A stretch of DNA of 42,361 nucleotides from a virus. Of the stretch, positions 40,129-42,361 are shown in pieces. The stretch covers positions 1-42,361 of the IMG/VR virus record IMGVR_UViG_3300045988_031209. One strand, given 5' to 3'. Made by a program: the position numbers and the translations under genes. The notes under the pieces were generated by a model. The model searched no databases and was not told the DNA's origin. It saw only the letters and a program-made list of their open reading frames with translations. Every line of letters starts with the position of its first letter. Within the stretch, counting starts at the first letter, position 1.

Positions 40129-40749
40129 TCACCCCCATTGTTCAGCCATTGCTTTTGCGATGCCAGGAAAAGTTTTGCTGCGTTCTTTTGAGTGGCCGCG
40201 TCCCATCCAATGATTCTTTTCTCGCAATTTTGGTGGCAACGTCGTCATGTAGTCGTACACGTTGTCAGTTTCCTCAAGGATAGGAAGATTTTTAATCCAC
40301 AGGCAAGTTTTCTTTTGCTCCGGGTGTCCAAACTGCCAAGGATTGATAATCTGATCCGGCTTTCGGTATAGCGTAGACATCACGCACACAGGATTTTCAA
40401 CCGCTATATGCGGGACATCCGCTTCAATAAATTTCATAAAGAATGCAGCAGCTTCATAGCGTAAGCTGAGTGGTTTTTTCCCCTCCGTGAACCACCGCGC
40501 ACCAGAAACAGCTAGGTGTGTGCAAGGCGGGTGTGCAATGAGCAAGTCCCACTTGCCAACGTCATGCGTTACGCCGTCCATCGTAATGATTTGCCCCCCC
40601 TCCAGAGCCTTGAGCGCATCTCCAAGAATATGCCACTCGGGATGCCCGCCGGACGGCTCCTGAATATCACAAGAGTAGGCTTCGTGGCCTTTTGCCCGAA
40701 ACGCCTTGCATACTTCCTGCGATTCCTCGCAGGCGATAAGCACTTTCAT
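40129..40749 (-). CDS. Compact C5-cytosine methyltransferase-like protein (206 aa)
   Basis: Motif IV-like LLIAHPPCTHLAVSG and motif VI-like IAVENPV are present. There is no FxGxG motif I and no room for a normal target-recognition domain. Confidence 0.6.
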   Translation of the reverse strand: MKVLIACEESQEVCKAFRAKGHEAYSCDIQEPSGGHPEWHILGDALKALEGGQIITMDGVTHDVGKWDLLIAHPPCTHLAVSGARWFTEGKKPLSLRYEAAAFFMKFIEADVPHIAVENPVCVMSTLYRKPDQIINPWQFGHPEQKKTCLWIKNLPILEETDNVYDYMTTLPPKLREKNHWMGRGHSKERSKTFPGIAKAMAEQWG

Positions 40750-40767
40750 CTGTCCGCTCCTCCGTTC
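40746..40767 (-). repeat. 22-bp gene-junction repeat, copy 3 (tcatctgtccgctcctccgttc)
   Basis: 20 of 22 positions match copies 1 and 2. It carries an ATGA stop/start overlap. Confidence 0.8.
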
Positions 40768-40964
40768 GCTCCCATGTACTTCTTGCGGCCCCGCTCCCGG
40801 TGACGGTCCTCGTGGTCGTAGTGGTAGACTTTGCCTGTGTCCAGCATCTCTCGGGTGTAAGCAGCTTCTGCGCCGCGCTGGCGCTTGAACTCGGCATATT
40901 TAAGGCAGCTGTCGTGGCATACCGGGTGACGAGTGGGGCAGTCTTTGCACGGTGTCATCGTCAT
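40746..40964 (-). CDS. Cys-rich small protein (72 aa)
   Basis: MTMTPCKDCPTRHPVCHDSCLKYAEFK... It ends ANGGADR. ATG 40964 follows GAAGGTG by 7 nt. It overlaps the upstream gene by 65 nt. Confidence 0.55.
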   Translation of the reverse strand: MTMTPCKDCPTRHPVCHDSCLKYAEFKRQRGAEAAYTREMLDTGKVYHYDHEDRHRERGRKKYMGANGGADR

Positions 40965-41433
40965 TTTCCAGCACCTTCGGCGGCATCGGCATCCAGCCAA
41001 CCACAGGACAGTCTATCTTGTTGTTGTAAACTTCGTCCGGGTTGAAGTGGCGGTATTCCCACCAGCCTTCCGGGATTCGGTAGTCGTCCCGTTCTTCGTC
41101 GTATGTTCCCCAATCGGGAAGGTCTTCCCAATTCCATTCACTGTCCTCGGAGAAAACATTGCCGTTTTCATAGTGCGCCGTTGTAATGCCCAGATAGTCA
41201 TTACACCGGTACAAAACCAGCACTTCGGTTTCGACTTCCGGAGGGTTCTTTTCAGGGTCGCGCCATGTCGGCCGCAGGGTTTCCGGGTCGATGGTGGGCG
41301 CCTCGCTCACCATATCTGCGCAACATTCAGCGGTGCTTTCGCACTCGTTTGTGGTTTCGCGTCCAATATACAGGGCGTATTCTTGCATTTCTTTTTCAAG
41401 AGGGGTTGCGTTAATCAACCTCACTTCATCCAT
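40900..41433 (-). CDS. DUF551-like protein (177 aa)
   Basis: C-terminal CPVVGWMPMPP. ATG follows ACGGAGGTGC. Confidence 0.7.
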   Translation of the reverse strand: MDEVRLINATPLEKEMQEYALYIGRETTNECESTAECCADMVSEAPTIDPETLRPTWRDPEKNPPEVETEVLVLYRCNDYLGITTAHYENGNVFSEDSEWNWEDLPDWGTYDEERDDYRIPEGWWEYRHFNPDEVYNNKIDCPVVGWMPMPPKVLENDDDTVQRLPHSSPGMPRQLP

Positions 41434-41608
41434 TTTCCAGCACCTCCGTCCTCACCGGCTTGATGTCCCGATATTCGGGGTAATGGTCGCCCGCCAGCTG
41501 GCAGGCCCGGAACTCTGCCGCAAACTGATTCGCGGCGTTGATGCGGTATGTAAGCGCCGCGTTCCCGTGCGGGCCGCTGCACTCTACGATGACTTTGTAT
41601 CTAGGCAT
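41426..41608 (-). CDS. Hypothetical protein (60 aa)
   Basis: ATG 41608 follows ACGGAGGAC by 3 nt. It overlaps the upstream stop by 8 nt. Confidence 0.55.
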   Translation of the reverse strand: MPRYKVIVECSGPHGNAALTYRINAANQFAAEFRACQLAGDHYPEYRDIKPVRTEVLENG

Positions 41609-41939
41609 TTTGTCCTCCGTTCTGGTTTTCCTGCCCGAGAAGCTTTCTTTCTGCCCTGGACCTGAGCATCCGGGTGCGGGCAGCAAGGCAGTGCTTCGCC
41701 AGCATCTGCTCACCCTGGGCCTTTTCGACGGCCTTTTTCCACGCCGGGAGAAGCTGGCTCTGCCAGCTGCACTCCGAAATCACCTCGTGGAATGTCTTAT
41801 AGGCCATCTCATCCGGCACATCCTTGAGCGATGAGTTCGCCCAGATCTCCGCGATACTTGCGCGGTTCTCTGCGGTCTGAGGCCGTCCAAAATAAGCCTC
41901 AGCGTCCGCAAGGAGCTTTGTCATCATCTCCACTGTCAC
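41601..41939 (-). CDS. Possible helicase-loader-like protein (G39P-like), 112 aa
   Basis: GTGA overlap with the replication gene stop. The pattern LLADAEAYFGRP...IAEIWANSSLKDVPDEMAYKTFHEVI weakly recalls the SPP1 G39P family. Confidence 0.35.
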   Translation of the reverse strand: MTVEMMTKLLADAEAYFGRPQTAENRASIAEIWANSSLKDVPDEMAYKTFHEVISECSWQSQLLPAWKKAVEKAQGEQMLAKHCLAARTRMLRSRAERKLLGQENQNGGQNA

Positions 41940-42361
41940 GGTTTCACCCCCTTGAAAATATTTGCGTATGCTTCTGCGGTGCTTTCTGTGGCTTGCTTCC
42001 CGCGAGGCTGCTCTTGTCGGCGCTGCTCATTCGCTGCCACGTCCCCCGGGGTGCGTATCCCGTCCCGCTGCCAGCCTGACAATATGCCGTTGATGTAGCT
42101 CCACGAGCGCTTTCCGGCTTCTGTGGATTTGTCAATCGCCAACAGGATCATCTCTGTGCTGTACTCCTGCCTCCACTTCTGCAGCTTGTCCAGCGCAGAG
42201 CGTGGGAAGTCCCCAACGGCCTGCTGATAATGCTGGACGATTTTAGAAAGTTCTACATCAACGGCGGCGGGGGTGGCGCTATTATATACACCACCGTTAG
42301 GTGATATACCATTACCATTTACATTACCATTACCATTTACATTACCATTACCATTTACATT
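41936..42361 (-). CDS. Replisome organizer / DnaD-domain replication protein, C-terminal part (upstream part at 493..1)
   Basis: ...NVNGNGISPNGGVYNSATPAAVDVELSKIVQHYQQAVGDFPRSALDKLQKWRQEYSTEMILLAIDKSTEAGKRSWSYINGILSGWQRDGIRTPGDV, a DnaD/DnaB_2 C-terminal signature. Confidence 0.8.
   Translation of the reverse strand, partial: NVNGNGNVNGNGNVNGNGISPNGGVYNSATPAAVDVELSKIVQHYQQAVGDFPRSALDKLQKWRQEYSTEMILLAIDKSTEAGKRSWSYINGILSGWQRDGIRTPGDVAANEQRRQEQPRGKQATESTAEAYANIFKGVKP
42307..42361. repeat. Terminal overlap, second copy of nt 1..55
   Basis: Exact 55-nt identity with the window start. Confidence 0.9.

Larger units (their letters stand above)
1..42361. mobile_element. Complete temperate tailed-phage genome (siphovirus-type), circular contig; unique length 42306 bp
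   Basis: A full set of lysogeny, replication, packaging, head, tail and lysis modules is present. Integrase and attP are present. Both ends carry the same 55 nt, and a gene reads in frame across the junction. Confidence 0.85.

Overview
The window is a complete, circularly closed genome of a temperate siphovirus-type phage. Gene content suggests a Gram-positive, probably Clostridia-like host. Nt 1-55 are identical to nt 42307-42361. A replication gene crossing the junction stays in frame only if that 55-bp overlap is collapsed, giving a unique length of 42306 bp. Nearly all genes are on the minus strand; a small lysogeny block is on the plus strand. Minus-strand transcription order is as follows. 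(1) Early operon, 7362 down to 673: small unknown proteins, AntA/KilAC antirepressor, a 570-bp non-coding repeat region, lipoprotein, RecT, SSB. (2) DnaD-domain replisome organizer crossing the junction (493..1 joined to 42306..41936). (3) G39P-like protein, two DUF551-like proteins, a compact C5-methyltransferase-like protein, ASCH protein, RusA, and a sigma-70 region-4-like late regulator. (4) A tRNA cluster with tRNA-Trp and two non-canonical tRNA-like elements. (5) TerS, TerL, portal, minor head protein, gp10-like protein. (6) An inserted moron with a 112-aa protein, a lipoprotein and tRNA-Lys. (7) Scaffold, major capsid, connectors, major tail, G/G-T chaperones with a TTTTTTG -1 frameshift site, tape measure, Dit, Tal, tail fiber. 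(8) GH25 endolysin and LL-H-type holin. (9) A second, collagen-repeat tail fiber. (10) A roughly 4.6-kb cargo island of unusual genes ending at attP. The plus-strand block holds a CI-like XRE repressor behind back-to-back consensus promoters, a two-gene cassette of unknown function whose first gene is AT-rich, a second XRE protein, and a tyrosine integrase. These are followed by an attP core that copies the 3' part of a tRNA-Thr(UGU). The best candidates for undescribed biology are the repressor-integrase cassette (8066-9393) and the attP-proximal island (11944-16593). All family names are recalled from motifs read by eye. No database search or RNA-folding tool was run.
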